Of a stretch of DNA of 64,000 nt, positions 9,713-19,000 are shown piece by piece. The number at the start of each line of letters is the position of its first letter. The first letter of the stretch is position 1. A program made the position numbers and the translations under genes. The stretch is taken from assembly GCA_019454875.1 (NCBI GenBank), contig JACFNL010000006.1, forward strand, positions 5,349-69,348. Direction: 5' to 3'. The DNA is from Candidatus Cloacimonadota bacterium. Lineage in GTDB: Bacteria; Muiribacteriota; UBA6191. Under the pieces are notes generated by a model. That model did no database searches. It was not told the DNA's origin and worked only from the letters and a program-made list of their open reading frames with translations.

Positions 9713-10948
9713 ATGGAAAGGGTAGTCATTACAGGAATCGGTTCTGTGTCAGCACTAGGGCACGACTCCAACACCATGTTTCAGAATCTGTTATCAGGGG
9801 TTTCAGGTGTAGGCCCGATCTCGCATTTTGATACCGAGGGCCACGACACTAAAATTGCCGCAGAGGTGAAAGATTTGCCTGTTGAGAAATATTTTGATGT
9901 AAAGTCCTTGAAAAAGTTTGACCGCTTCTCCCAGTTTGCCTGGATTGCTGCCGAGGAGGCCATGAAGCAGAGCGGCTTGCAATTAGAACAGTTGGATCTA
10001 CATCGCGCAGGGGTACTTATTGGTTCTGGAATAGGTGGGATTATGACGCTTGAGGCGACTATGGAGCAGTATCGGCTTCGTGGCACCAAAGGGGTATCGC
10101 CATTTTTTATCTCCAATCTGATTTCTAATGAAGCCGGAGGCAATGTTGCCATTCGCTACGGTTTTAAAGGCATGAACTTTGGAATTGTATCGGCCTGTTC
10201 CACGGGAACACATTGTATTGGAGAGAGCTTTAAAGCCATCCGCTACAAAGAGCAGGATATCATGATAGCTGGGGGTACTGAGGCTTCAATTACACCTTTG
10301 ACCGTGGCCGGATTTTCCAATATGAAGGCTATGAGCCGTAATAATCAGAACCCTAAAAACGCCTCCAGACCATTTGATAGGGATCGGGATGGATTTGTAA
10401 TTGGAGAAGGTTCAGGGGTACTGGTCATGGAATCTTTGACACATGCCAAAAAACGCGGTGCCAATATTTTAGCTGAGGTGATTGGTTACGGGGCTACATG
10501 TGATGCCCACCATATTACTGCAATTGCTCCTGGAGGCGAGGGTATGGCCAGGGCCATACAACTGGCATTGAGCCAAGCCGGAACCGGGTTGGATTCTGTG
10601 GATTATATTAATGCTCATGGGACCTCGACCCCTATCGGGGACAAGTATGAAACTGAGTGCATCAAGTCTGTGTTTAAAGAGCATGCCTACCGCTTAAGTG
10701 TCAGTTCCACAAAATCCATGATTGGGCATCTTTTAGGGGCTGCCGGTGGGGTGGAGTCTGTTGTTTGTGTCAAGTCACTTCTTGAGCAGTGTGTTCATCC
10801 GACCATGAATCTTGACAACCCAGATGAAGGCTGCGATCTGGATTATGTAGCCAAAGAGGCCAGACAGAAAAAAGTAACCGTGGTATTAAAAAATTCGATG
10901 GGTTTTGGAGGGCATAACGCTGCTTTGCTGTTTCGGGCTTTTTCATGA
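9713..10948 (+). CDS. fabF: 3-oxoacyl-ACP synthase II
   Basis: MERVVITG, SACST, NAHGTST, KSMIGHLLGAAG, GFGGHN. Confidence 0.97.
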   Translation: MERVVITGIGSVSALGHDSNTMFQNLLSGVSGVGPISHFDTEGHDTKIAAEVKDLPVEKYFDVKSLKKFDRFSQFAWIAAEEAMKQSGLQLEQLDLHRAGVLIGSGIGGIMTLEATMEQYRLRGTKGVSPFFISNLISNEAGGNVAIRYGFKGMNFGIVSACSTGTHCIGESFKAIRYKEQDIMIAGGTEASITPLTVAGFSNMKAMSRNNQNPKNASRPFDRDRDGFVIGEGSGVLVMESLTHAKKRGANILAEVIGYGATCDAHHITAIAPGGEGMARAIQLALSQAGTGLDSVDYINAHGTSTPIGDKYETECIKSVFKEHAYRLSVSSTKSMIGHLLGAAGGVESVVCVKSLLEQCVHPTMNLDNPDEGCDLDYVAKEARQKKVTVVLKNSMGFGGHNAALLFRAFS

Positions 10949-11619
10949 ACCTCGATGAACGCCTCAGTAAGGCTGAGAGGGTTTTACAATACCGCTTTTC
11001 CAATCGACAGTTTTTGTTGCAGGCTTTGATGCACAGGTCTTTATCTGAATACCTGGGTCTGGGTTTTCATTATGAAAGAATGGAGTTTCTTGGTGATTCC
11101 CTGTTAGGCCGTTTTGTTTCGGAAAAACTTTACAGGGAATCTGCAGCCGAGCCAGGAGTATTAACCCAGAGTCGGGCGGCTTTAGTATCGGGAAAAACAT
11201 TAAAAGCCGTGGCCCGTGAGCTTGAGCTTGATGACTGTGTTCTGGTCATGTCACATCTGAGACTAAGTTCAGGAGAGCTTAGCGGAAATTTTATTTCGGA
11301 TATTGTTGAGAGCCTTTTAGCAGCCGTTTGGCTTGATGGTGGCGAAAAAGAGTTTGAAAAGGTTTCTGAGCACATTTTGGGCTTTTGTAACCCGTCTGAG
11401 TTGCCACTTAGAGATTCTAAGTCAAGACTGCAAGAAATTTGTCTTAAAGCTACAAAATTATTGCCTGTATATGCTAGCATTTCAGAAGAGGGAAGGCATG
11501 TGGTTCAGGTTAGTTGTGAAGGCCTGGGTTTGGCTTCCGGAGTAGGACGCAGCAAAAAAGAAGCAGAGCAGATGGCAGCAAGTTCCCTGATTCAACAATT
11601 AGACAATAAAGGTTCCTGA
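10945..11619 (+). CDS. rnc: Ribonuclease III
   Basis: ERMEFLGD signature, C-terminal dsRBD (DSKSRLQE...SKKEAEQMAA). Confidence 0.93.
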   Translation: MNLDERLSKAERVLQYRFSNRQFLLQALMHRSLSEYLGLGFHYERMEFLGDSLLGRFVSEKLYRESAAEPGVLTQSRAALVSGKTLKAVARELELDDCVLVMSHLRLSSGELSGNFISDIVESLLAAVWLDGGEKEFEKVSEHILGFCNPSELPLRDSKSRLQEICLKATKLLPVYASISEEGRHVVQVSCEGLGLASGVGRSKKEAEQMAASSLIQQLDNKGS

Positions 11620-11885
11620 TGGAAACCCTGAAGGTATCCTCTGGAACTCAATCTAAAGCTGTAGCTGGTGCTATGGCCCAGATCTTTGAAAGAGAAGACA
11701 AGGTTTGTATTCAGGCAATCGGTGCAGGTGCTGTCAATCAGGCCGTCAAGGCCATAGCCATTGCCCGGGGATTTATGGCTCCTAAGGGAATTGAGCTGTT
11801 TGTGCAAATCGCATTTGTGGATTTATCGATTGATTCCCAGGAGCGCACAGGCATTAAGTTTGTTGTCCTTGCTCGGACAGTCTAG
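11619..11885 (+). CDS. spoVS: SpoVS family (Alba-like) protein
   Basis: LKVSS...AVAGAMA...QAIGAGAVNQAVKAIAIARGF. Confidence 0.95.
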   Translation: METLKVSSGTQSKAVAGAMAQIFEREDKVCIQAIGAGAVNQAVKAIAIARGFMAPKGIELFVQIAFVDLSIDSQERTGIKFVVLARTV

Positions 11886-11896
11886 GCAATCAGAAT

Positions 11897-14272
11897 ATGG
11901 CAAATCTTGATCTAAGTTCTGTCATTGAAGCAAATCTGAGAGCAGTTCAACTCAACCCGGATGATTTTTTTGCTCATTTTAACCTTGCCAGGGCGTATGA
12001 GTGCAAAGGCCGAATGGAAGAGGCTTTAATTGCCTACCAAAAAGCGGTTACGATTAATCCAAAAGATCCATTTGTTCGACAGGCACTAGCTGAGCTCTTT
12101 GTTCGCTTTGGTCAGCCTCAGCAGGCTAAACTTGTGTTCCAAAGGCTGATTGCGGAAAGGCCAGACTTTGTGCCAGCCCATATCGGTCTGGCCAGACTTC
12201 TGGTTTTGGAGGGACAGAAAGAAGAATCCATAGTTCGTCTGAAACGCTCGTTAAATCTCGACCCGGATCTGGATGAGGCTTATTACCTTCTGTTTTGTGT
12301 TTACAAAGAAATTGGATTTGTAAAAGAAGCCATAAACAGTATCCAGCAAGCTATCAGAATCAGGCCCCGTTATTATCTGTATTTGCGGGACAAGGCGGCT
12401 TTTCTCAATCAGATTGGCGAGAAAAAAAATGCTTTGTACGAGATTCGCAGGGCATTGGCCAGCTATCCACAGGATAGATTCAGTCTGGAACTGGCAGCCG
12501 AGCTGGCTCACGAAAGTGGGGACTATGTTTCGGCAGAACGATACTTGAATCTGCTTATGGATATTGAGCCTTACTCTGTAAAGGGATTGTCCCTCAAAGG
12601 TCAGTGGCTGGTAAATCAGGGGAAGCTGGAGCAGGCTGAGGCTGTGTTTCGGCAGGTCTTCAAAATACGCCCGGATTGCCAGGATGTTTTGCCTGATCTT
12701 GCCAGACTCCATGTTATGAAAACCCAGTATTCTTCTGCATTGTCAGTTTTGTCCCGGTTTAAAATGGGGGGCACTGAAAAAACAGAGATTCTGTTGTTGA
12801 AGGTCGAGGCTTTGATTGGGGTCAAAAATTTTTTGGAAGCTGGCAATATACTTAAGGAGCTATTGGAACAAAGAGTGTATCAGGAGGATGTCTTTTATTG
12901 GTTAGGGGAACTGGGGATATATAGACATCAGGCCCAGGAAGCATTGAGCTATTTTCGTCTGGGATGGGAACTGGAGCCGAAAAAAGCCCGTTGTTTAAGA
13001 AGGATAGCTGAGATTGAGGATTCCTTGGGGCATGTGGAGGAAGCAAGGCAGGCCTTTGAACTTCTGGCCGAACTGGAAAAAAATACAATTTATGAAGATA
13101 AAGAGGATGAAACAAAGGATACAGGTTTAATAATACCCCAGGAATCTGAAGAACAAGGTGCTAAGGATTGGGAGAAAAAGTTAGCAGTCGAGGGAGAACA
13201 GCTTGAAAATCTAGTTGGATTTGGAGACTTTTTGTATTCCTGTGGCAATCTGGAAAAGGCCTTAAAACGCTGGGAAATGGCCAATGCTTTATATCCAGGT
13301 ACTCTGCCACTTCTGTTAAGAATAGTGGAGGCTTTAAGAGTACAGGGCAATCTGGTGGAGGCTCTTAATTATCTTCAGAAGATGCGTGATGAATGGCCTG
13401 AGTCCGATCAGGTATTTCTTGCCGAAGTGTCTGTACTTCTGGAACATGGAAAACCAGATCAGGCTCTGTCAGTCTTAAGACAGATGAGAACCTTGTTTCC
13501 TGACCATCCTGAAGCTGAGGTTTTGGAGTTGAGGCTAGCTCGTCTTATGGATGAAACCATAAAGATGAAAAAGCTTAGTGACGAGATTCTTTTGAAAAAT
13601 CCTTCTCATTTGCTGGCATTAAAAGTCAGAGGGTGGTTATGTATCCGTAGTGAGGATTATGTGACTGCCCGTTCTTGTTTTGAGCAGGTCTTAAAAATTA
13701 CAGAAAATTCTGATGTGGAGTCATTGCATCAGATGGCAGGACTGGAAGAAAACAGTAAAAACTTTGCTCGAGCCTCGGCCTGTTATGAAGCAATTCTGCA
13801 ACTTGAAGAAACAGCCTGGGTGCATGCCAGACTTGGTATGGTTCATGCCCAACTACTCAATCCGATGATGGCCATACATCATTTGCAGAAGTCTTTGCAG
13901 ATGGATCCGGATCTGGAAGAAGCCCGGTTGAAACTGGCCAATATTTTTGTGGAACAGGAAGAGTTTCAAAAGGCAATGCTTTTGGTGGACCCGCTCTTAA
14001 GTCAGGAACGGTTTCTTGGTGAAGCAGCCATGATTATGGCCGTAAGCCTAGCTAAACTGAACCAGCATCATAAGGCCTTGCAGTGGCTGGACCTGATTAG
14101 AAAACACCAGCCTCTGGAACCAATGAACTGGTATTTGATGGCTCAGTCACTGGAATCGTTGCAGGAATGGGCAAGGGCCCATAAGGCCTACCGGAAGGTA
14201 ATGGAACTTGCACCTGAGGATAGTCGTCTTTACGAATTTGCTCAGGAGTCTCTGGTGCGCTTGCCTGCATAA
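11897..14272 (+). CDS. Tetratricopeptide repeat protein
   Basis: 791 aa of consecutive TPR patterns (AHFNLARAY...KAVTINP etc.). Confidence 0.9.
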   Translation: MANLDLSSVIEANLRAVQLNPDDFFAHFNLARAYECKGRMEEALIAYQKAVTINPKDPFVRQALAELFVRFGQPQQAKLVFQRLIAERPDFVPAHIGLARLLVLEGQKEESIVRLKRSLNLDPDLDEAYYLLFCVYKEIGFVKEAINSIQQAIRIRPRYYLYLRDKAAFLNQIGEKKNALYEIRRALASYPQDRFSLELAAELAHESGDYVSAERYLNLLMDIEPYSVKGLSLKGQWLVNQGKLEQAEAVFRQVFKIRPDCQDVLPDLARLHVMKTQYSSALSVLSRFKMGGTEKTEILLLKVEALIGVKNFLEAGNILKELLEQRVYQEDVFYWLGELGIYRHQAQEALSYFRLGWELEPKKARCLRRIAEIEDSLGHVEEARQAFELLAELEKNTIYEDKEDETKDTGLIIPQESEEQGAKDWEKKLAVEGEQLENLVGFGDFLYSCGNLEKALKRWEMANALYPGTLPLLLRIVEALRVQGNLVEALNYLQKMRDEWPESDQVFLAEVSVLLEHGKPDQALSVLRQMRTLFPDHPEAEVLELRLARLMDETIKMKKLSDEILLKNPSHLLALKVRGWLCIRSEDYVTARSCFEQVLKITENSDVESLHQMAGLEENSKNFARASACYEAILQLEETAWVHARLGMVHAQLLNPMMAIHHLQKSLQMDPDLEEARLKLANIFVEQEEFQKAMLLVDPLLSQERFLGEAAMIMAVSLAKLNQHHKALQWLDLIRKHQPLEPMNWYLMAQSLESLQEWARAHKAYRKVMELAPEDSRLYEFAQESLVRLPA

Positions 14273-14675
14273 AGGGTCGGGCAAGTTGCAGTAACCTTGG
14301 TTGGGCCTCAATCATTCTGGCGCATACCTCGTTGAATTTTTCGATTTCTCCAAGTCTTGCAAATTGAGCTAGAGTGTAGAATTCCCTGATTTGCTCGGAT
14401 AAAAGTCTTACATAGGCTCTGGCCTCTTCGGAGTTGACTTCAGGTTCTTTGGCTGGAAAGTATTGTTTTAAAACGGTGGTAAGAGCTTCTTTGAATACAG
14501 GGTCCATACGATCGGATTGCAGCAGGTGATGCACCTGTTCATAACTTGTTCTGTATCCCTGCCTGGCAGACAGGTGTTCATGCTCTTCTTGTAAATCTAA
14601 CAGGGAATCCTGCAAAGGTTGTGCCTTTATGATCACTACTGACAGACAAAATAACAAGGCAAATCGGCCCAGCAT
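14097..14675 (-). CDS. Secreted hypothetical protein
   Basis: AGGAGG RBS before ATG 14675, signal peptide MLGRFALLFCLSVVIIKAQ; 3' end overlaps TPR gene by 176 nt. Confidence 0.6.
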   Translation of the reverse strand: MLGRFALLFCLSVVIIKAQPLQDSLLDLQEEHEHLSARQGYRTSYEQVHHLLQSDRMDPVFKEALTTVLKQYFPAKEPEVNSEEARAYVRLLSEQIREFYTLAQFARLGEIEKFNEVCARMIEAQPRLLQLARPFMQASAPETPEQIRKDDYPQVQVPLPSGRPYGPLPIPATIPVTEPSNTSSLVPEAGVF

Positions 14676-14737
14676 AAATACCTCCTGGCTCAGCATATAT
14701 CGACACAATCCTTAAAAAATATGCTATTTTTGAACTT

Positions 14738-15073
14738 ATGACTATTTTTGAAAAAATTATCAATAAAGAGATTCCCGCTGATATTGTTTATGAAAATGAA
14801 TGGGTGCTTGGCTTTCGTGACATTGCCCCGCAAGCACCGGTGCATGTTCTGTTTATACCCAAAAAACCGGTGGAAAATTTTCTTGAGGCATCTTTGGAAG
14901 AGGGTCTTATGGACAGGCTTTTTTCCGCAATTTATGAATTTGTGGAACAGGCAGGTTTAAATCGGGAACAGATTCGCCTGGTAACAAATTGTGGTGCATT
15001 GGCAGGGCAGTCTGTATTTCATTTCCATGTTCATCTTTTGTCAGGAAGAAACTTCTCGTGGCCACCAGGGTAG
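14738..15073 (+). CDS. Histidine triad (HIT/Hint) nucleotide-binding protein
   Basis: TIFEKII, DIAPQAPVH, QSVFHFHVHLL. Confidence 0.95.
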   Translation: MTIFEKIINKEIPADIVYENEWVLGFRDIAPQAPVHVLFIPKKPVENFLEASLEEGLMDRLFSAIYEFVEQAGLNREQIRLVTNCGALAGQSVFHFHVHLLSGRNFSWPPG

Positions 15074-16290
15074 AAGATGACAGATCTCTGGTTCTAGCTG
15101 GTCTTCATAGAATTGTGCTATCGGGAGAAGACCGGGAGGCTGTTTTGGAAGATATCTTATCCTCCACAGATAACCAGAACCGGGCTACTCTGTCATTTAT
15201 GCTGTATGGTTGCCTGAGGCACTGGCATTATATTGAGCCCAGGCTTTGTGAGTTTATCAAGGGAAAACCCCTGCCCCTGGATTTAAACATATTGCTTGTC
15301 TTTTTTTTGTTTCAGGCATTTGTGATGGACTCTGTGCCTGTTTATGCAGCCCGTGCTGAAATGATAAAGAGAATTCCCAGAAAATTTAAGGGCCTTAAAG
15401 GTGTACTGGATGGGGTGTTTCAGAATTTTTTGCGCAAGTATCCGGTTTTGCCGGAATTTCCCATACTGCCGGTCTGGTGGAAAAAAGCTCTGGAAAAACA
15501 GGCAGGAGGGGAATTTGTTAACCACCTGCTAAGCCGGTGGAATAAGACCCCTGAGGTTTATGTTTTTTCCAAGCCTTCGGCATCGGATGAGTTTAGTTTT
15601 GAAAAGTTAGGGCAAATGGATAAGGCGGATCGTGCCCAACGAATTGAAATGGGAGATTTGATCTGTGATCCTGCTTCGTATCTGGCGGCTTATCTTTTAA
15701 AACCTGCTCATGGTGAAAAGATTATGGATCTATGTGCCGCTCCTGGTAACAAGTCTGTGGCTCTGTTACAAATCTGCCCCACCATTCATTTGACCTCAGT
15801 TGAAATTCAGGAATCCAGAGCAAAAATTCTTGAAAAGAGGCTCAAGGGCCGTGCCTCGGTAGTTATGGCTGATGCTCTTGAAGTGTTAAGTCAGGCGCAA
15901 GAAGGCAGTGTGGATGCCATTTTATTGGACGCTCCCTGTTCGGCCTGGGGTACTGCTTTGTTGCACCCGGAATATCTCCTGCACAAAGAGGAAAATCAAG
16001 GTGAATCACGGATACAGAAAGAACTCCTGAGGAAAGCCTACAGGGCTTTGCGCAATGGAGGCAGACTCATATATAGTGTCTGCACATTTTGTGAGGCGGA
16101 AACAGTCGAGTTGGGCCAGAATTTTTTGAATGAATTTGGGGGATTTCTGGTAAACCGGAATCTGACTTGCCCGGCCCCGTTGCAATGGCATCCTAGTGGC
16201 CCTGGTTACTTGTTGCTGCCTCATGAGGAAGGTTCTACGATTTTTTGGTATATGAGTCTGACAAAGCAGTTGACAGGTGGTGTTGAGTGA
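15058..16290 (+). CDS. rsmB: 16S rRNA m5C methyltransferase RsmB/Sun-like, with NusB-like N-terminus
   Basis: DLCAAPGNKS, LLDAPCS, YSVCT; probable GTG start at 15058. Confidence 0.75.
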   Translation: MATRVEDDRSLVLAGLHRIVLSGEDREAVLEDILSSTDNQNRATLSFMLYGCLRHWHYIEPRLCEFIKGKPLPLDLNILLVFFLFQAFVMDSVPVYAARAEMIKRIPRKFKGLKGVLDGVFQNFLRKYPVLPEFPILPVWWKKALEKQAGGEFVNHLLSRWNKTPEVYVFSKPSASDEFSFEKLGQMDKADRAQRIEMGDLICDPASYLAAYLLKPAHGEKIMDLCAAPGNKSVALLQICPTIHLTSVEIQESRAKILEKRLKGRASVVMADALEVLSQAQEGSVDAILLDAPCSAWGTALLHPEYLLHKEENQGESRIQKELLRKAYRALRNGGRLIYSVCTFCEAETVELGQNFLNEFGGFLVNRNLTCPAPLQWHPSGPGYLLLPHEEGSTIFWYMSLTKQLTGGVE

Positions 16291-17258
16291 AGCTGTTCTG
16301 GCTTGTTCTGAAACGCACCCTGTTTTTTCTGTTTGTCTTCTTTCTGTTGATTGCCGGAGCGTTTTACCTGTTTAAGGCCGCAAAGGGGATTTTTCGATCC
16401 GAGGAGTTTCTGGTACCTGATTTTCTGGGAAAATCAATAACCTGGGTTCTTGAGAATCAGCCTGATGGTATTGAAATAGAGATTGTCGAAAAAAAGGAAT
16501 CCAATAAGGTTCCTGGGGATCATGTTCTGGATCAGAGACCAAGGCCAGGTACTAAGATAAAAAAAGGTAGAACAGTTCTTCTGGTACTGTCTTTAGGGAT
16601 TGAATCTCAAAAAATTCCATCCCTTATTGGGTTAAGTCTAAGAGATGCCGGTTTGATTCTAAGAAATCAGGGTCTGATTACAGGCCGCATTTCTTACTGG
16701 TATGTGAATTCCGGTATGGAGGGAAAGATTCTGGCATATTATCCATCCTCAGAAATTCCAGTGGCCAGAGGTGAGGCTGTCAATCTGCTTGTGGGAGCAC
16801 AACCCCCCAGTAAAATCCGGCTTCCTTCTTTTGTTGATAAGCCTTTGGCACAGATAATCCCAGAACTGGAACAAACCGGCCTGCCTCAACCTCAGATTGA
16901 TTATTCCTATGATCCCCTAAAAAAGGACAATGTTGTTCTGGCCCAGTTGCCTCTGCCTGGCCAGGAGTTACTGGTGGCACAGGGGAAACTGGGCTTAACT
17001 GTTAATCGATTATCCTCCAGTTCAGGGACAGCCGGATTTAACAGAACTCGTGTAGAAATTACCCTGCCTTCCGGGCTTCGGTCCCACAATCTTCGGGTTG
17101 AACAGGTTGATTCCAACGGTTCCAAGGTGATTTATAGAGGGCTGCATGAACCGGCCTCCGTATATGGGCAAGATGTTCAGTATAGTGGACAGGGTTATTT
17201 GAATCTGTATCTTGATGACATATTTTACCAGCGCATCGGCTTAGGTGGGGAAAGGTAG
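16287..17258 (+). CDS. Membrane-anchored PASTA-domain protein (3 PASTA repeats)
   Basis: N-terminal TM; VPDFLGKS, IPSLIGLS, LPSFVDKP repeats with Q-x-P-x-P-G motifs. Confidence 0.85.
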   Translation: MKLFWLVLKRTLFFLFVFFLLIAGAFYLFKAAKGIFRSEEFLVPDFLGKSITWVLENQPDGIEIEIVEKKESNKVPGDHVLDQRPRPGTKIKKGRTVLLVLSLGIESQKIPSLIGLSLRDAGLILRNQGLITGRISYWYVNSGMEGKILAYYPSSEIPVARGEAVNLLVGAQPPSKIRLPSFVDKPLAQIIPELEQTGLPQPQIDYSYDPLKKDNVVLAQLPLPGQELLVAQGKLGLTVNRLSSSSGTAGFNRTRVEITLPSGLRSHNLRVEQVDSNGSKVIYRGLHEPASVYGQDVQYSGQGYLNLYLDDIFYQRIGLGGER

Positions 17259-17261
17259 AAA

Positions 17262-18347
17262 ATGGCTTTGAACTATGACGAAATTGCTTTGGCGGATGCG
17301 TTTAAGCGAGATCCCTTAATGGATGTATCCTTAAGCAACTTGATCGTCAAGGAACGCTATAAGGTCTTGAAGCTGTGGGCAGAGACATCGAGAACCAATA
17401 TTTTTACGGCCTATGATCTGAAAGAGCAGAAGCCAGTGCTGGCCCACATCGTAAAAAATCATCTTTTCCGACAGGGTGAAGAGCTGCAGAAATGGATTAA
17501 ATCTGTAAAATCAATGCGTAGATTAAAAGAGCCTGGCTGGTGTTTTGAACTTCTGGATCTGGATATATGGAAAAAGAAACTGGTTTGTGTGACAGCCCCG
17601 TTTGATGGATTGACTTTAAGTCATATTCTATCCAGTGAGAGGGAACTTCCTCTGAACTTTGTCTTGAAGATTCTAAGCAATGTGGCTGGACTTCTAAGCA
17701 AGGCTGCAACCTTGGGTTATCCGTCCAGAAGTATTACTCGAGAAGATTTGTTTGTGAATCCTGAAGGTGAAATTCGCCTTTTACGCTTCACCCCATCCCG
17801 TATGGAAGGGTTGAGTCCGGAACAGGTGAGGGATGTGACCCCAGATCTGTACTTCCTGTCCTGTCTGATTTATGAGCTTTTTTGTTATGAAATTCCCTTT
17901 ACCCAAAGCCGCAGGCATATTGATTTGGAGAGGGCCCATTTTATGGCCAAACTAAAAACCAGAAAAAACCAGTCACAGAAGGACCTTTTTGGTCCGATTG
18001 TGGATCTTTTTGTCATGTGTTCTGGTAAAGATTCCGATAACAGGATAGATACAATGGAGGTTCTGATTCAGAAACTTCAAAAGTTATGGCAGGAATCACT
18101 AAGGCTTCATAATGCGGCAGAGATGAAAACAGAACGGGAACAGTTAAATTCAGCATTTGATGTTGTTTATGCCTTAAGAGGGGAATCAAGTCCCATTCCT
18201 CCCACGGCTACAGAAAACGCGTATTCCCGGGTATGGCAAAAAAACCAGATCCCTTCGGAAGCCGATACTGAGTTTGTCTTTCGTATTATTGCAGTGCTGA
18301 TCATCGTGCTTTCTTTCTGTTACAAGTTTTTTCAGGGGGGGAGCTGA
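17262..18347 (+). CDS. Hanks-type Ser/Thr kinase-like pseudokinase with C-terminal TM
   Basis: ERYKVL, LSPEQ, DLYFLSCLIYEL..PF retained; Gly loop, VAxK, HRD and DFG degenerate. Confidence 0.7.
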   Translation: MALNYDEIALADAFKRDPLMDVSLSNLIVKERYKVLKLWAETSRTNIFTAYDLKEQKPVLAHIVKNHLFRQGEELQKWIKSVKSMRRLKEPGWCFELLDLDIWKKKLVCVTAPFDGLTLSHILSSERELPLNFVLKILSNVAGLLSKAATLGYPSRSITREDLFVNPEGEIRLLRFTPSRMEGLSPEQVRDVTPDLYFLSCLIYELFCYEIPFTQSRRHIDLERAHFMAKLKTRKNQSQKDLFGPIVDLFVMCSGKDSDNRIDTMEVLIQKLQKLWQESLRLHNAAEMKTEREQLNSAFDVVYALRGESSPIPPTATENAYSRVWQKNQIPSEADTEFVFRIIAVLIIVLSFCYKFFQGGS

Positions 18348-19000
18348 TGCAGATCGCCCCATCCATCCTGAGTGCAGATTTCTTAAGTCTATCCAGTGAT
18401 TTACCAGTCCTTTCACAGATGGGGATTTCTGTGTTGCATCTGGATGTGATGGATGGGCATTTTGTACCCAATCTGACATTTGGTCCTCCACTGATTTCCT
18501 CAATCAAGCCGCACTGGCCAGGTATTCTGGAAGCTCATTTGATGATGACAAACCCAGATGATCATCTAAAGGCATTTGTTTCGGCTGGTTGTAATAGAAT
18601 CATTGTGCATCAGGAAGTGTGCTGGCATCTGCACAGGACATTACAAACCATTAAAAATCTGGGAGCAGAGGCAGGGGTAGTCCTTAACCCGGCTACACCG
18701 GTTGAAACAATTTCAGAAATATTACCCTTTGTGGATCTGGTTTTATTAATGACGGTGAATCCTGGTTTTGGTGGTCAAAGCTATCTTGCATTTGTGGAAG
18801 AAAAAATTAAGAAACTTGTAAATTGGCGTAAGGGGAATTCCTATCTGATTGAGGTTGATGGTGGAATCAAGGCAGAACATTTGTCTGGATTACAGTCCAT
18901 GGGTGTGGATTTGGCCGTAGTTGGTTCTGCCCTGTTTAATCAAAATCCAGTGTCTGAAAACTTAAAGGATTTGTTGACCCATGTCACATCAAATATCTAA
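18347..19000 (+). CDS. rpe: Ribulose-phosphate 3-epimerase
   Basis: IAPSILSADF, HLDVMDGHFVPNLTFG, MTVNPGFGGQ, EVDGGI. Confidence 0.97.
   Translation: MQIAPSILSADFLSLSSDLPVLSQMGISVLHLDVMDGHFVPNLTFGPPLISSIKPHWPGILEAHLMMTNPDDHLKAFVSAGCNRIIVHQEVCWHLHRTLQTIKNLGAEAGVVLNPATPVETISEILPFVDLVLLMTVNPGFGGQSYLAFVEEKIKKLVNWRKGNSYLIEVDGGIKAEHLSGLQSMGVDLAVVGSALFNQNPVSENLKDLLTHVTSNI

Noticed and set aside
11619-11885. Sporulation capacity inferred from spoVS
   Set aside because: SpoVS occurs in many non-sporulating lineages, and no other sporulation genes are present
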